Positions 1-37,841 of a stretch of DNA of 64,000 bases are shown here, one piece after another. Every line of letters starts with the position of its first letter. The first letter of the stretch is position 1. A model generated the notes under the pieces. The model was not told the DNA's origin and made no database searches. It saw only the letters and a program-made list of their open reading frames with translations. Source of the stretch: Eledone cirrhosa (taxonomy: Eukaryota); assembly GCA_964016885.1 (NCBI GenBank), contig OZ024754.1:558001-622000 (forward strand), written 5' to 3'. Both the position numbers and the translations under genes were made by a program.

Positions 1-27
1 TATCATTGACATTTTTCTAATGTTGAA

Positions 28-1080
28 TATATATATATATATACACACACTTATAATATATATATATATATACACACACTTATAATATATATATATATAT
101 ACACACACTTATAATATATATATATATATACACACACTTATAATATATATATATATATACACACACTTATAATATATATATATATATACACACTTATAAT
201 ATATATATATATATACACACACTTATAATATATTATATAATATATACACACACTTATAATATATATATATATATACACACTTATAATATATATATATATA
301 TACACACTTATAATATATATATATAATACACACTTATAATATATATATATATACACACTTATTATAATATATATATATATATAATATATATAATATAATA
401 TATATATATAATATAATATATATATATAATATAATATATAATATATATATAATATATATATATATATAATATAATATATATATATAATATATATATATAA
501 TATAATATACTATATATAATATAATATATATATATATATAATATATATATATAATATAATATATATATATAATATAATATATAATATAATATATATATAT
601 ATAATATATATATATTAATATATATATATATAATAATATATATATATATAATATATATATATATATAATATATATATAATATATATATAATATATATATA
701 TAATATATATATATATAATATATATATATATAATATATATATATATATAATATATATATATATATAATATATATATATATATAATATATATATATATATA
801 ATATATATATATATATAATATATATATATATATATAATATATATATATATATAATAATATATATATATATAATATATATATATATATAATATATATATAT
901 ATATAATATATATAATATATATATATATATAATATATATATATATATAATATATATATAATATATATAATATATATAAATATATATAATATATATAATAT
1001 ATATATATATATAATATATATATATATATAATATATATATATAATATATAATATATAATATATAATATATATATATATAT

Positions 1081-1137
<57 letters not shown>

Positions 1138-1138
1138 C

Positions 1139-1223
<85 letters not shown>

Positions 1224-1236
1224 TAATATATAATAT

Positions 1237-1279
<43 letters not shown>

Positions 1280-1386
1280 TATATATAATATATATATATA
1301 AATATATATATATATAATATATATATATATAATATATATATAATATAATATATATATAATATATATATATAATATATATATAATAT

Positions 1387-1431
<45 letters not shown>

Positions 1432-1433
1432 TC

Positions 1434-1464
<31 letters not shown>

Positions 1465-1466
1465 AT

Positions 1467-1527
<61 letters not shown>

Positions 1528-2008
1528 ATATATATATATATATAATATATATATATATAATATAATATATATATAATATATATATATATAATATATATAT
1601 ATATAATATATATATAATATATATATATATATAATATATATATATATAATATATATATATAATATTATATATATAATATATATATATATAATATATATAT
1701 ATATAATATATATATATATAATATATATATAATATATATATATTATAATATATATATATATAATATATATATATATAATATATATATATATAATATATAT
1801 ATATATAATATATATATATATAATATATATATATATAATATATATATAATATAATATATATATAATATAATATATATATATATAATATATATATATAATA
1901 TATATATATATAATATATATATATATAATATATATATAATTATATATATATAATATATATATATATAATATATATATATATAATATATATATAATATATA
2001 TATATATA

Positions 2009-2047
<39 letters not shown>

Positions 2048-2054
2048 TAATATA

Positions 2055-2085
<31 letters not shown>

Positions 2086-2220
2086 ATATAATATAATATA
2101 TATATATATATATATATAATATATATATATATATATAATATATATATATATATATAAATAATATATATATATATATATAATATATATATATATATATAAT
2201 ATATATAATATATATATATA
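28..2220. repeat. Degenerate (TA)n/TATAA microsatellite array 1, starting with a ~25-bp minisatellite ((TA)n-CACACACTTATA) at ~28-360
   Basis: Seen directly. After ~360 it is almost pure A/T with frequent AA phase shifts, and it runs into the N gap. Confidence 0.97.
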
Positions 2221-2420
2221 NNNNNNNNNNNNNNNNNNNNNNNNNNNNNNNNNNNNNNNNNNNNNNNNNNNNNNNNNNNNNNNNNNNNNNNNNNNNNNNN
2301 NNNNNNNNNNNNNNNNNNNNNNNNNNNNNNNNNNNNNNNNNNNNNNNNNNNNNNNNNNNNNNNNNNNNNNNNNNNNNNNNNNNNNNNNNNNNNNNNNNNN
2401 NNNNNNNNNNNNNNNNNNNN
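2221..2420. other. Assembly gap (200 N)
   Basis: Run of exactly 200 n, probably a fixed-size scaffold spacer, so contiguity across it is unproven. Confidence 0.99.
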
Positions 2421-5400
2421 CAGCTGGATGCCCTTCCTAACACCAACCTCATTTACAGTGAGTGCTGGGTGCTTTTTCGTGGCGCCTACACGTCCACTTT
2501 ACAGTGTGGGCTGGGTGCTTTTTTGCCGTGGCACCTCCACGACCACCTTGCGGTGGGGGGGGGGGGGGGCATATTGTTTATATGCTTCAGCATGTACCCA
2601 TGGGAGGTCGGGTACCCTGTATTACTGCGTGACGCCAGAAGTCACGGTCGTGTGTCATTGACTTTGAGAGGTGTAGTTGGGTAAGGTCGGCTTTTATCAC
2701 CTCATCCCAAGTCATCTTGGGTCTCCCCACTCCGCGGTTTCCATCAACTTCTAGTGCTCTGCACCTTTTTATGCAGCTGTCATCCTTCATACGCATCACA
2801 TGTCCATACCAGCGTAACCGCCTCTCCTGCACGCAGCATTTGATTCCTCTTATGCTCAGTCTCTCTCTCAATTCATTTATGCTTTGTCGTTCACGTATAT
2901 TACTGTTACACATCCATCGGAGCATGCAGGCTTCGTTTCTCTCTAATCTACGTAAGTCTTCCACCTTCAGCGCCCAGGTCTCACTACCATGCAACATCGC
3001 TGTTCGGATACACGCATCATACAGTCTGCCTTTCATTCTGAGGGAGAAGCCTTTTGCAGCTAGCAGTGGTAGTAGTTCCCTAAACTTCTTCCATCCCGTT
3101 CTTACCCTAGTTATTGTACTTTCTGAGCACCCACCTCCGTTGCTAATTCGGTCACCTAGGTAGCAGAAGCTGTCTACTGTTTCTACAGGGCCCTCCCAGA
3201 GATTGGTGGTACTTGTTTCCTGTGGCTGTTTGCTTGCTGTTTCAGCACAGCTGCTGCATGTGAATCCTACATTCTTAATTAAGCTTCCTGAGATCCCGCT
3301 ACATCTCTTGTGTACCCATTGTTTGCATTTGGGGCAAAGAATGGAGTTCCTACCTACACCTTTCCTACATACTGAGCAAGGCCATTTCCCTGAGGGGATC
3401 TGGGTTCTGTTTTCTCGTCTACTTATAAGGACCTTAGTCTTTGTCATGTTGACTTGAGGCCCTTTCTCTCTAGTCCCTGCTTCCAGGTTTGGAATTTATT
3501 CTCTAGTTCTACCATAGATTCAGCTATGAGTGCGAGGTCATCAGCATACAGGAGTTCCCATGGGCATCCGGTCTTAAACTCCTCCGTTATTGCCTGCAGG
3601 ACTATGATGAACAGGAGAGGGCTAAGAACAGAGCCCTGGTGGACCCCAACCTGTACGCTAAATTCCTCGCTATACTCATTGCCAATCCTAACTTTGCTGA
3701 CTGCTCCCCTATACATGGCTTGTACCGCTTTCACAAGCCATTCATCTACTCCTAGTTTTCTAAGAGCCCACCAGATTACTGCACGTGGAACTCTGTCAAA
3801 GGCTTTCTCAAGGTCGACAAATGCCAAGTAGAGTGGCTTACTTTTAGCTAGGTACTTTTCCTGTAATTGCCTCACAAGGAAGAGCGCATCAGTGGTGCCT
3901 TTCCCTGGAACAAACCCAAATTGCATCTCGTCTATATTCACCCGGTCCCTAATCAGCTGTGCTATAACTCTTTCTGTTACTTTCATGACCTGGTCCATCA
4001 ACTTTATACCTCTATAGTTTCCTCTATCTAGTGCATCGCCTTTACCTTTGTAGCAGTTGACAATGATGCTACTGCACCAATCTTTTGGTATGGCCCCCTC
4101 TAGTATTACCTGGTTAACGATACGTGTGGTTATAGTGTGACCTACAGACCCAGATGCCTTCAGCATCTCGGCAGCTATACCCGATGGACCGGTTGCCTTC
4201 CCTATCTTCATATCTCTGATTGCCTTACTTACTACGCTGCCGCTGACTTGTACTGCTGGTCCCTCTATAGGGTCTACGTGGGGTAGGGTCTCTTCTTCCC
4301 ATGCATTCTCCTCATTTAGTAATCTATCATAATGACTCTTCCATGCATCTTTCTTCTCAGCACTTGTGAGGGCAAGCTCACCTTTATCATTCGGATACAC
4401 TTCTCTCCAATGACATCACAACTATCTCTGACACACTGCCTCGCAATCTTGAATACCTCCTGTTTCTGGTCCTCACGTTGTAAAACATGCTTGAATTTTC
4501 TATCCTCTGCTTCCCTCCTAGCTAAGTATACTTGTCGCCTAGCTTCCCTCTTGGTCTCTATGTAATGTACCCTGCTCCCCCCGTTCTTCCATTCTTTCCA
4601 TGCCTGTCTCTTGGCCTTGACTGCTTCATCTACCTTATTGTTCCACCACCAAGTCACTCTCCTCCTGCTTGAGGTCTTACTCCAGCCACAAACCTCATCC
4701 GTCGCCTCTAGTAAGTTATTTTTTAGGAACTCCCAGTTCTCTTCTACGTTAAATGTCTCTATCTGTTCTTCTTTACTGTCGTAGGCGTTGAGTAAAATAT
4801 CTTTAAATCTGTTACTGGTTGAGGGGACTTTCAGCTTCCAGATCTTTCTTCTCCAGGTTGGCCTCTGTTTCAGGGCTCGTCTAGTTCTGACCGTGAGGTC
4901 GCTGACAACTAAGCTATGTTGGGATGTACATTCCTCACTAGGGAAGGCTTTTGTGTTTACGACCGTCCATCTGTCACGTCCTCTGATGAGGATAAAATCT
5001 AACTGACTAGAGTGCTCCCCTGATCTATAGGTGATCAGGTGGTTGTCGGGTTTTTTAAAGTTTGTGTTACATATCGACATGTCATTGGCGTCGCAGAATT
5101 CTAGAAGTCTGAATCCTTCCTCATTCCTTGTGCCAACTCCATGGCCTCCATGTACTCTATTGAAGCCGTCGCAGTGTTTACCTACGTGTCCGTTAAAATC
5201 TCCTGCAATGATTAGGAAGTCCTTGTCGTCTGTTAGAGCAGTAGTGTGTATTAGGGACTCGTAAAACCTATCCTTAAGTTCGTCTGGCAGCCCCGATTGG
5301 GGTGCGTAAGCTGATATTATTGTGGTAATTGTCTTATTCAGGACTAGTCTGAGTTTAATGATTCTTGCATTTACCCTGTACACTGAGATTACTTTATCTA

Positions 5401-5676
5401 CCCACTTGTCAGCTAATAGTATACCTACACCACCCATCCCATCGTCATTTCCCACCCAGAAAAATTTGTAGCACTGGCTTTTTCCTACAAGGACTCTAGC
5501 AGACCCTCCTCTCCATCTAGTCTCTTGCACACAGCATACATCAACTTCCTTTCGCTCTAGCATTTCTACGATTTCTCCTGCTCTTCCTTTCATTGAGCCT
5601 ACATTGATGGTACCAACTCGGAGTTTTGGGCATTTGTCGACACTCGTAGGGGAGGGTCTCTGGGTTGGCGCTTCAT
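2421..5676 (-). mobile_element. LINE A: RTE-clade non-LTR retrotransposon, lacking a 5' UTR, with its 3' tail lost in the gap
   Basis: APE motifs ([33 protein letters not shown]) and RT motifs (NYRGIKL, QFGF, FVDLEKAFDRV, GVHQGSVLSP, LLYADD, YLG). The 3' UTR at 2421-2586 matches SINE tails elsewhere in the window. Confidence 0.95.
2587..5676 (-). pseudogene. APE-RT ORF of LINE A, split into three frames by 1-bp deletions near 4392 and 3454
   Basis: ORF pieces 4316-5676, 3444-4400 and 2587-3447 are collinear (…GEKCIR/NDKGEL… and …RKGLK/VNMTKTK…) with no in-frame stops inside the homologous segments. Confidence 0.9.
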
Positions 5677-11882
<6,206 letters not shown>

Positions 11883-12027
11883 TTTACTTATTGACACTTA
11901 TACGTACGACATACACACACACGCATACATATGCGTGCACACAGCAACACTCACACACACAACAAACACACACACACGCTACTCTACTCACTTACACGCA
12001 CACACACACATATATATATATATATAT

Positions 12028-21672
<9,645 letters not shown>

Positions 21673-21872
21673 TTAATTACTTTAAATATATATATTATGT
21701 TACTTGAAAGTCAAAAAATCCGCTTTACGCTCTTCACCCTCCAGCTACTCCACGAGGGGCTGCGGTCAGCCACAATCTCTCTCCCCCTTCCCCTCTCTCT
21801 TTCTTCCCTTTCCCCTCTCTCTCTCTTCCCCTTCCCCCTCTCTTCCCCTTCCCCTCTCTCTCTCTCTTAGCT

Positions 21873-21941
<69 letters not shown>

Positions 21942-22279
21942 ATAAGTTCTCCTTCATGTTTATTCACTTTCGCCAATCCATCGCTGCTTCAATTATTCCT
22001 ACTACGGTGTACCCATGTAAATCGTAAAGTACAAATTTTTCTCTATCTACCCCACGCTCAATTTCGTACATAGTCCAAACATCCAATCTCGCAAAATCCG
22101 AAATCTGTATTTTTTGTTATCTATTTAAGGTTTAAATACGGTGTTTTTGTCGTATTGAACAGAACAAATCTTGCAGTTTTGCTTTTTGTTAAATCGCTTG
22201 TTAAACATTCATAACCTTCCAGCTAGCTACCCCACACCCCTCCCACCCGCCCCACACACCACCATTCTTAATACATGGA

Positions 22280-22397
22280 CCAATCATAAGCCAGAGCCCC
22301 CCCCACGCATCACCATTATTATTATTATAAGCCAGAGCCCCCCCCCCCCACGCATCACCATTATTATTATTACGCGAACCAATCATAAGCCAGAGGC
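22280..22397 (+). repeat. Short tandem duplication (ATAAGCCAGAG-polyC-ACGCATCACCATTATT, ~2.5 copies) upstream of LINE C
   Basis: Unit repeated at ~22286 and ~22326, with a partial copy at ~22385. Confidence 0.75.
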
Positions 22398-22585
22398 CTA
22401 TACTATTGCTTGCCCGGTTGCCTTCGATATATGATGGATGGATGGATGGATGGATGGACGGACTGCGGAATCCTGGAGTGGAAGGGAGAGAAAAATCTGG
22501 ACGCTCAGAGCGAAAATGCCAAAGTTAAAGTCAAATTCACCTCGTGGACGAGAATGCGAGCACTCCTCTTTGTTTCGTCCGCGGA

Positions 22586-25500
22586 TGGCTAACATAACCC
22601 TATCTCCCCCCGCCCCCCACCACCCCCACCCTCCAAACGCAACCCAAAACTTCAGAGCACCCTAAAGGGTCGCGCTAACGAGGTTGTAGAAATGCTTGAA
22701 CGTAAGGAGGTCGATGTTTGTTGTATTTCAAGAGACCAGGTGGAGGGGTGGGTCTGCTAGATTCATTGAGGGTAAAAAAACGATGTTATAAGCTTTTCTG
22801 GGTGGGAAACGACGATGGGCTGGGTGGAGTAGGAATCATGGTAGCAGAAAAGTGGGCAGATAAGATAATAGACGTAAATAGAGTGAACGACAGAATAATT
22901 AAAATACGACTTGTCCTCAATAGAACTACGGTGACAGTAATATCTGCGTACGCACCCCAATCCGGACTGCCCGGCACTATAAAAGACAGATTCTATGAGA
23001 CACTGTTGCTAACTACCTCCCAAATATCTGACAGTGGACTATATAATTATTGCAGGCGACCTAAATGGTCACGTTGGACAACATTGTGACGGCTACGACA
23101 GAAATCCATGAGGCTATGGGTTTGGGTACTAGAAATGAGGAAGCTCCAGAATCCTGGAATTCTGTGATGCAAATAACCTAACTATCTGTAACACTAACTT
23201 CAAAAAACGTGACAATCACCTGATCACCTATAGATCCGGGGAACACACAAGCCAGGTAGATTATATCCTTACCAGAAGACGTGACAGAGTGTCTGTTGTA
23301 AACACTAAATCTCTCCCCCATGAAGAATGCACCTCCCAACATAGACTGATAATTAGCGACCTCATAGTCAGGACGAGACGTACTCGACAGCAGAAGAGGA
23401 CTATCCTCAGGAGGAAAAATATGGAAACTAAAGGACCCCACAGCCAGAAATAAATTTCAAAGCATATTACTTGATGCTTTCGACAGTAAGGAAGAGCATC
23501 TAGAATCGGACAATATAGAGAGACAGTGGGAATTTCTGAAAGCAAACCTGCTGTTGGCGACAGATGAAGTCTGTGGCTGGAGCAGGCCTGTAGGCAGGAG
23601 GAGAGTAACATGGTGGTGGAACAGTAGGGTGGAGGGGTCAATTAAGGCCAAAAAGCAGGCTTGGAAAGTATGGCGGGATGGGGGAAGTAGAGTAGACTAT
23701 CAAGTGGCCAGGAGGGAAGCTAGGAGAGAAGTGTACTTAGCAAGAAGGGAAGCTGAGGAAAGAAAGTTCAAGCATGTTCTACAACGCGATGACCAAAAAC
23801 GTGAGGTGTTCAGGATTGCTAGGCAATGCGTCAAGGAAAACCCGTTATATTGTCGGGGGAGAAGTGTATACTTAACGATGATGGCATACTTGCCATCACC
23901 GACACTGATAAGAAGGTAGCTTGGAAGTGTCACTATGAAAGGCTACTAAATGAGGAGAATAAATGGGAGAAAGACAGTCTCCCCCATATCGACCCAATAG
24001 AGGGACCAGCAGTGTTAGTCGAGGGGAGTATAATAAGTAAGGCAATCAAGGATATGAAGAGGGTAAGGCGGCTGGCCTTTGGAAATAGTTGCTGAGATGC
24101 TGAAGGCATCTGGCACGGTGGGACACACCATGGTCACCCGCATAGTTAACCAAGTCGTACAGAATGGGGTTGTTCCGAAGGACTGGCGTAGCAGCATCAT
24201 CGTTAACTGTTATAAGGGTAAGGAGACGCCCTAGATAGGAGTAACTATAGAGGCATTAAATTAATCGACCAGGTCATGAAGGTCACGGAAAAAGTAATAG
24301 CGCAACTAATCAGAGAGAGAATTGACCGAGATGAAATGCAGTTCGGGTTTGTGTCAGGCAAAAGCACCACAGACGCTCTTTTCATAGTACGACAACTACA
24401 GGAGAGTACCTAGCTAAAGGTAAACCCCTCTACTTAGCTTTTGTTCGACTGGAGAAAGCCTTCGACAGAGTCCCCCCGTTCCATTATCTGGTGGGCTCTT
24501 AGAAAACTAGGCGTTGACGAATGGCTTGTGAGGGCTATACAAGCCATGTATAAAGAAACAGTCAGCAGGTTAGAATTAACAACGAATATAGTGAAGAGTT
24601 TAGCGTAAAAGTTGGCGTCCATCAGGGCTCTGTTCTCAGCCCCCTACTATTTATTATTGCCCTTCAGGCTATAACAGAGGAGTTCAAGACAGGCTGCCCA
24701 TGGGAATTCCTATACGCAGACGACCTGACACTCATAGCGGAATCAATGGCCGAGCTAGAGAAGAAATTCCAAACATGGAAGCACGGCCTAGAGTCAAAGG
24801 ACTTAAATTAACCTGGCTAAGACCAAAGTTCTAGTTTGTAGGAAAGAAAACAAGGCGGCGGTCCCTTCTGGGAAATGGTCGTGCTCGGTGTGTAGGGAAA
24901 GGCGTAGGTAGAAACTCCATTTTATGTCCTAAATGCAAAGTATGGGTGGGTGCATAAAAGATGTAGTGGGATCACAGGTAAGCTAACTAAGACCATAGAT
25001 TTTACATGTGGCCGGTGTTCTGGTGCAATAAGTAGCAGCAAGTGCCCACAAAATACTAGCTCTTTCAATTGCGCAGAGGGTTCTATAGAAATAGTGGACA
25101 GCTTCCGTTACCTGGGCGATAAATCAGCAGTGGGGAGGGGTGCTCTGAAAGTACTGTAGCTAGAGTCAGAACTGGTTGGAAAAAGTTCAGAGAGCTTATA
25201 CCACTATTAGCTGCTAAAGGGTTCTCCTAAAAATGAAAGGCAGGTTGTACGATGCCTGCATACGAACAGCAATGTTGCATGGTAGTGAGACCTGGGCATT
25301 GTGTGCAGAGGATATACGCAGACTAGAGAGGAACGAAGCTTGCATGCTCCGCTGGATGTGTAACAGTAATATACGTGAACGGCAAAGCATAAACGAACTA
25401 AGGAAAAAATTAGAGATAAGAGGATCAGATGTTGTTTACTCGAGAGAAGGCTGCGTTGGTATGGACACGTGATGCGCATGAAAGTCGATAGCTGTATAAC

Positions 25501-25610
25501 AAAGTGCAGAGCAATAAAGATAGACGGTAGCCACGGAATAGGCAGACCTAGAAAAACCTGGGATGAGCTGATAAACTCCGACCTCACACACTTACACCTC
25601 TCCAAGACAA
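22586..25610 (+). pseudogene. LINE C: decayed RTE LINE of the same lineage as LINE A, many frameshifts, 3'-truncated
   Basis: Collinear fragments: [64 protein letters not shown] (~24710), PHD-like cysteines, [29 protein letters not shown]. Candidate ATG at 22586 follows a hairpin at 22543-22584. Confidence 0.93.
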
Positions 25611-25620
25611 TATTGTACTC

Positions 25621-34027
<8,407 letters not shown>

Positions 34028-34028
<1 letters not shown>

Positions 34029-34243
34029 TAAAATACAAATAATAATAAAATAGATGTTCTTTTGATCAATTAAATTTTATTATACATATTTCAGAAGAAA
34101 GAACATCTTTTTTATTAATATTTGTATTTTAACATTAACTCTGGAAATTTTTTTTTTTTTTTTTTTTTTAAAGATGTAGAGTGCTTCCAATCTACTGTAA
34201 AACTCATTCTTTGATGTACTCATTGAATCTTTTTTAACTCTTA
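34028..34243. mobile_element. Internally deleted relative of the 37415-37805 palindromic element
   Basis: Inverted arms TTAAAATACAAATAATAATAAAATAGATGTTCTTT / AAAGAACATCTTTTTTATTAATATTTGTATTTTAA. Shares TTTTATTATACATATTTCAGA and the tail TAACTC.GGAAA…GAGTGCTTC.AATCTA.TGT.AAACT…TCATTGAA with 37415-37805. Confidence 0.7.
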
Positions 34244-34272
34244 TATATATATATATAATATATACATACGAA

Positions 34273-34303
<31 letters not shown>

Positions 34304-35292
34304 CGGGGTAACAAATAATAGTTATATGCAGTCCACTTAGAGAAACAATGGTTAGCAATGAGAATAAAAATCTTTTTTGTATAGCAAACCATGTCAATTT
34401 TCTTTCCTGATTTTATATATATATATATATATAGAAAGTGTATATACAAATATATATATTATATGCATACTAAATATAATACATACATACGTATATATAT
34501 GAATATACATTACAAACGTAACATAGATATGTATGTATATTATATTTGTAATGCAATATACACATTTATGTACATTACATGTAATTTATTTGCATAAACC
34601 CGATGATTTCCGGAATAACTGTTGCGTGAATCGTCGGCTTGACACATTATGTACACACTAGCATTATGTATTGGGTATATATATATATATATACTATACA
34701 AGCTATTTTGATACATAAATATAGTGTGTATATATGATTTACTGTAGTCTGCTATCAATATATCCATTATTTTTATATGCGTATATACTTTGTATACAGT
34801 ATAGTTACTGTGATATATAATTTATAGGTTTGCTCATTGCAGTTTAGCATTTCCAGTTTCGAAATATTTCTTCATTTTTATAATTTTGATTCTTGTGTTG
34901 TTTGGTAAATCGTAACAGGGTTAAAGATTACTTTAAGTGGTTCTGCTTGTTTTTTTCTTTGTATATTGGACAGGTGATTACGTATGATTTTATTATATTC
35001 AGTGTTGATTTTTTTGTTAGTTTTCTATGTGTAATGTTTCTTAGTATATATCAAGAAATACTTGTGGAAGGTCACAAACGATCTTTTTTTTGTATTTGAA
35101 GATGAAGGTAGTAGGAGGAAGTGGTTTTATTTATCTAACAACATCCTATGACATAAAATTTAAGGTGTGACATAGCGTATGTCTCTAGTCACACGCACAC
35201 GTATATATATTTATATACACGTATACATACATACATATTTGTAGTTATATACATACATGGTGTACATACATACATACATGCATGTATGAATG

Positions 35293-35349
<57 letters not shown>

Positions 35350-37378
35350 CGTGTACATCATTATCTCCCCTTGCCAGTAGTGACTGGATGGGCTTGGTTA
35401 TGAAATATAGTCACATTTTACACATTTCTTCAAAGGAAACATACCCACATATATAACTAGTATATCTTTCATAGTAAAAGACGCCCCTGGAATTTAAGTT
35501 AGTAGGATTTTATTAATTTATTACATTAAAAGGTCTCTTTAAATTGCATGTATTGACCGTTTTCACGTATATTGTTTAAAAATGTACATCTGTTAACTCG
35601 CACAATTCGCTGGCGGCATGAATATATTAGCGGAGTTTATTTCGTATAATCTATTTGAACAGGGGTGTGGATGATGACAATGATTGCGGTTGATTTATTA
35701 CACAAAAGGAAAAAAAAACGTTATAATTAACAGCCATAGAGCAGGCAGGAAATTGCATCGTTGGTGATTTCCTTAGAAATTAGACTTAGTTTAACGAGAA
35801 CTTTACCACGGAGTCTTTTATTAAAGGCCGCTTTAGGTTTTGTAGGATGCTGTGACTTTGTTTTTTTTATACCTGAGGTCAGTGAAAAGCTTCAAATAAG
35901 AATCGAGAATTGGTTGAGGAACTCAGCTAGTTTGGAACTTTTTTTTCTGTTACAGTACCCGCCATACTAATCTATTTTCATTCTCATATTAATTAATCTT
36001 AAGTCCCTGATGCATTTTAATAATTAGTAGTACAATTTTGACAGAACTTTTAACTGAAGATTGTATTTTTTTTTACGTTGTTACTAAGGGCATTTAACGA
36101 CTGCCTTTTTCCATTAGTCCACTACACCCCCTTTTGCCTTGTATATAGTAGATTTAGTTTCATTTTCGTTACTAACATAATTTTCTCGCCTGCCTTATGA
36201 TAGCTAACTAACAGGGTCCATATAGTGTTTGTAATGTGTATGTATATTCATTATTTCACCAATGAGGTGGCGCTAGCTACCATGATGTCATCTCTCTCGC
36301 TTGTAATCAGCCAATATACAAAGCATATAAATGTGTGTGTGAGAGAGAGAGAGAGAGAAGCAACTAGCAGTACTACTCGACTACTAATATGAACTGCATG
36401 TACGTTTTAACAATCAATCCAAACATTTCCAATTGTTGGTGATAATAGTAATATGTCAGCCATGCTGGCTATTCATCTTCATGTTAAAATCCTTTCATAT
36501 CTTCCTTTAACTTAGCTTACTTCACACATTCATTCAACTTGGCCAGAAGTGCTTCAATTCGATTTTTCTATGATAGCTTGGAAGCTTAGCATTTAAAAAG
36601 AGAATGTTAATCTCATCAAGCTATGATAATTTTCCCTTTTACTTATTACTTGATGGTTGTTCTTAGGGCAATTGTAAAGGTGCAGACTGTAAAGGGGCGT
36701 CATTGGTGTTTTCGGTAGAAAACCTTCTCTTGATCGACTGTAGTAGAATTAAATACCAGTTATATACTTGTGTCGATATTATGAACCAACTTTTTCAAAT
36801 AATCTTTACACCCCACTGGGTACACAGGAGGGGTTGAATATTGTTCCGCTATCTTTATTAATGTGGTGTCATAATATCCGTTCTATAACTTACTAAATAA
36901 AGCTGATAAACCTGATTGTATTGAAACACGTCTCCTCAAATTAGGACAATGTTTGAGCTTATATATATATATATATTTTGTGTGTGTGTCTGATCTTTTA
37001 CATTTATTTTTACTTCTGGTGTATCTACTGCAATTTGTAAAGCTTAAATTGAATAAAATCTGCTTTTCACTTCTTTCGGAGCATGACAAGACTTGTTAAG
37101 CTTTGTGCATATGCGCGTGAGTGTGTTTATATTATCATATGTACTTTAAGCACTCAGTGAATTTACAATAATCATATTTTCTCGCCCAAGCGAGATGGTT
37201 TTCTCAACGCCTGTATCACTTGAAAATGGTTCTAGATGTTCGGTAATTTATTATTTCTGTGTAGATTGGCCAATATAATACTTTACCTTTGATGTGTGTT
37301 TCCAGTACAAGCTGAAGTGTGTATTGTCCATGGATACAACTGTGACATTATTACGGAACTGCTGACCGACACACACAC

Positions 37379-37414
<36 letters not shown>

Positions 37415-37457
37415 AATTCAAAATATTAACAAATATAGACATTCATGTGATCAAGTA

Positions 37458-37524
37458 TATTTTATTATACATATTTCAGAGGTGCTGAGCTATTTTCAAC
37501 AGTACGTCCTCATCAGATAAAGTA
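37458..37524 (-). ncRNA. Minimal type I hammerhead ribozyme (left arm)
   Basis: Reverse complement reads TACTTTAT-CTGATGA-GGACGTACTG…CAGCACCTCT-GAAA-TATGTA-TA-ATAAAATA; one extra mismatch each in helix I and helix II. Confidence 0.72.
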
Positions 37525-37599
37525 AGTTGATGCTTGACATACTCTGACTATGTTGATGGTTAAAATTCAGTCATAGTCAAGGTATGTCAAGCATCAACT

Positions 37600-37666
37600 T
37601 ATTTTATCTGATGAGGACGTACTGTTGAAAATAGGTCAGTACCTCTGAAATATGTATAATAAAATA
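37600..37666 (+). ncRNA. Minimal type I hammerhead ribozyme (right arm)
   Basis: Helix I TATTTTAT/ATAAAATA; CTGATGA at 37608-37614; helix II GGA.GTACTG/CAGTAC.TCT; GAAA at 37647-37650; short helix III TATGTA; UH = TA, predicted cleavage after 37658. Confidence 0.82.
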
Positions 37667-37798
37667 TACATGATCACACGAATCTCTATATTTGTTAATA
37701 TTTTGAATTAATATTAATAACTCCGGAAAACCAAACTGTGGAGTGCTTCTAATCTATTGTGAAACTTTATTGATTTATTCATTGAACCTTGTTTAACC

Positions 37799-37841
<43 letters not shown>

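Larger units (their letters stand above)
37415..37805. mobile_element. TA-flanked palindromic element (arms 37415-37552 and 37572-37709, plus ~95-bp tail); probable Penelope-like inverted pseudo-LTR
   Basis: ~138-bp arms that are near-perfect reverse complements, a 19-bp spacer, (TA)n on both sides and a hammerhead core in each arm. Confidence 0.8.

Noticed and set aside
4983-4995. Other CTGATGA words (also ~50385 and several on the - strand) as hammerheads
   Set aside because: No helix II, GAAA and helix I closure around them.
22500-22600. HDV-like ribozyme upstream of LINE C (…TTCACCTCGTGGA…GGCTAAC)
   Set aside because: An L3-like and a J4/2-like word are present, but I could not build P1, P1.1 and P2; a simple hairpin at 22543-22584 explains the pairing.
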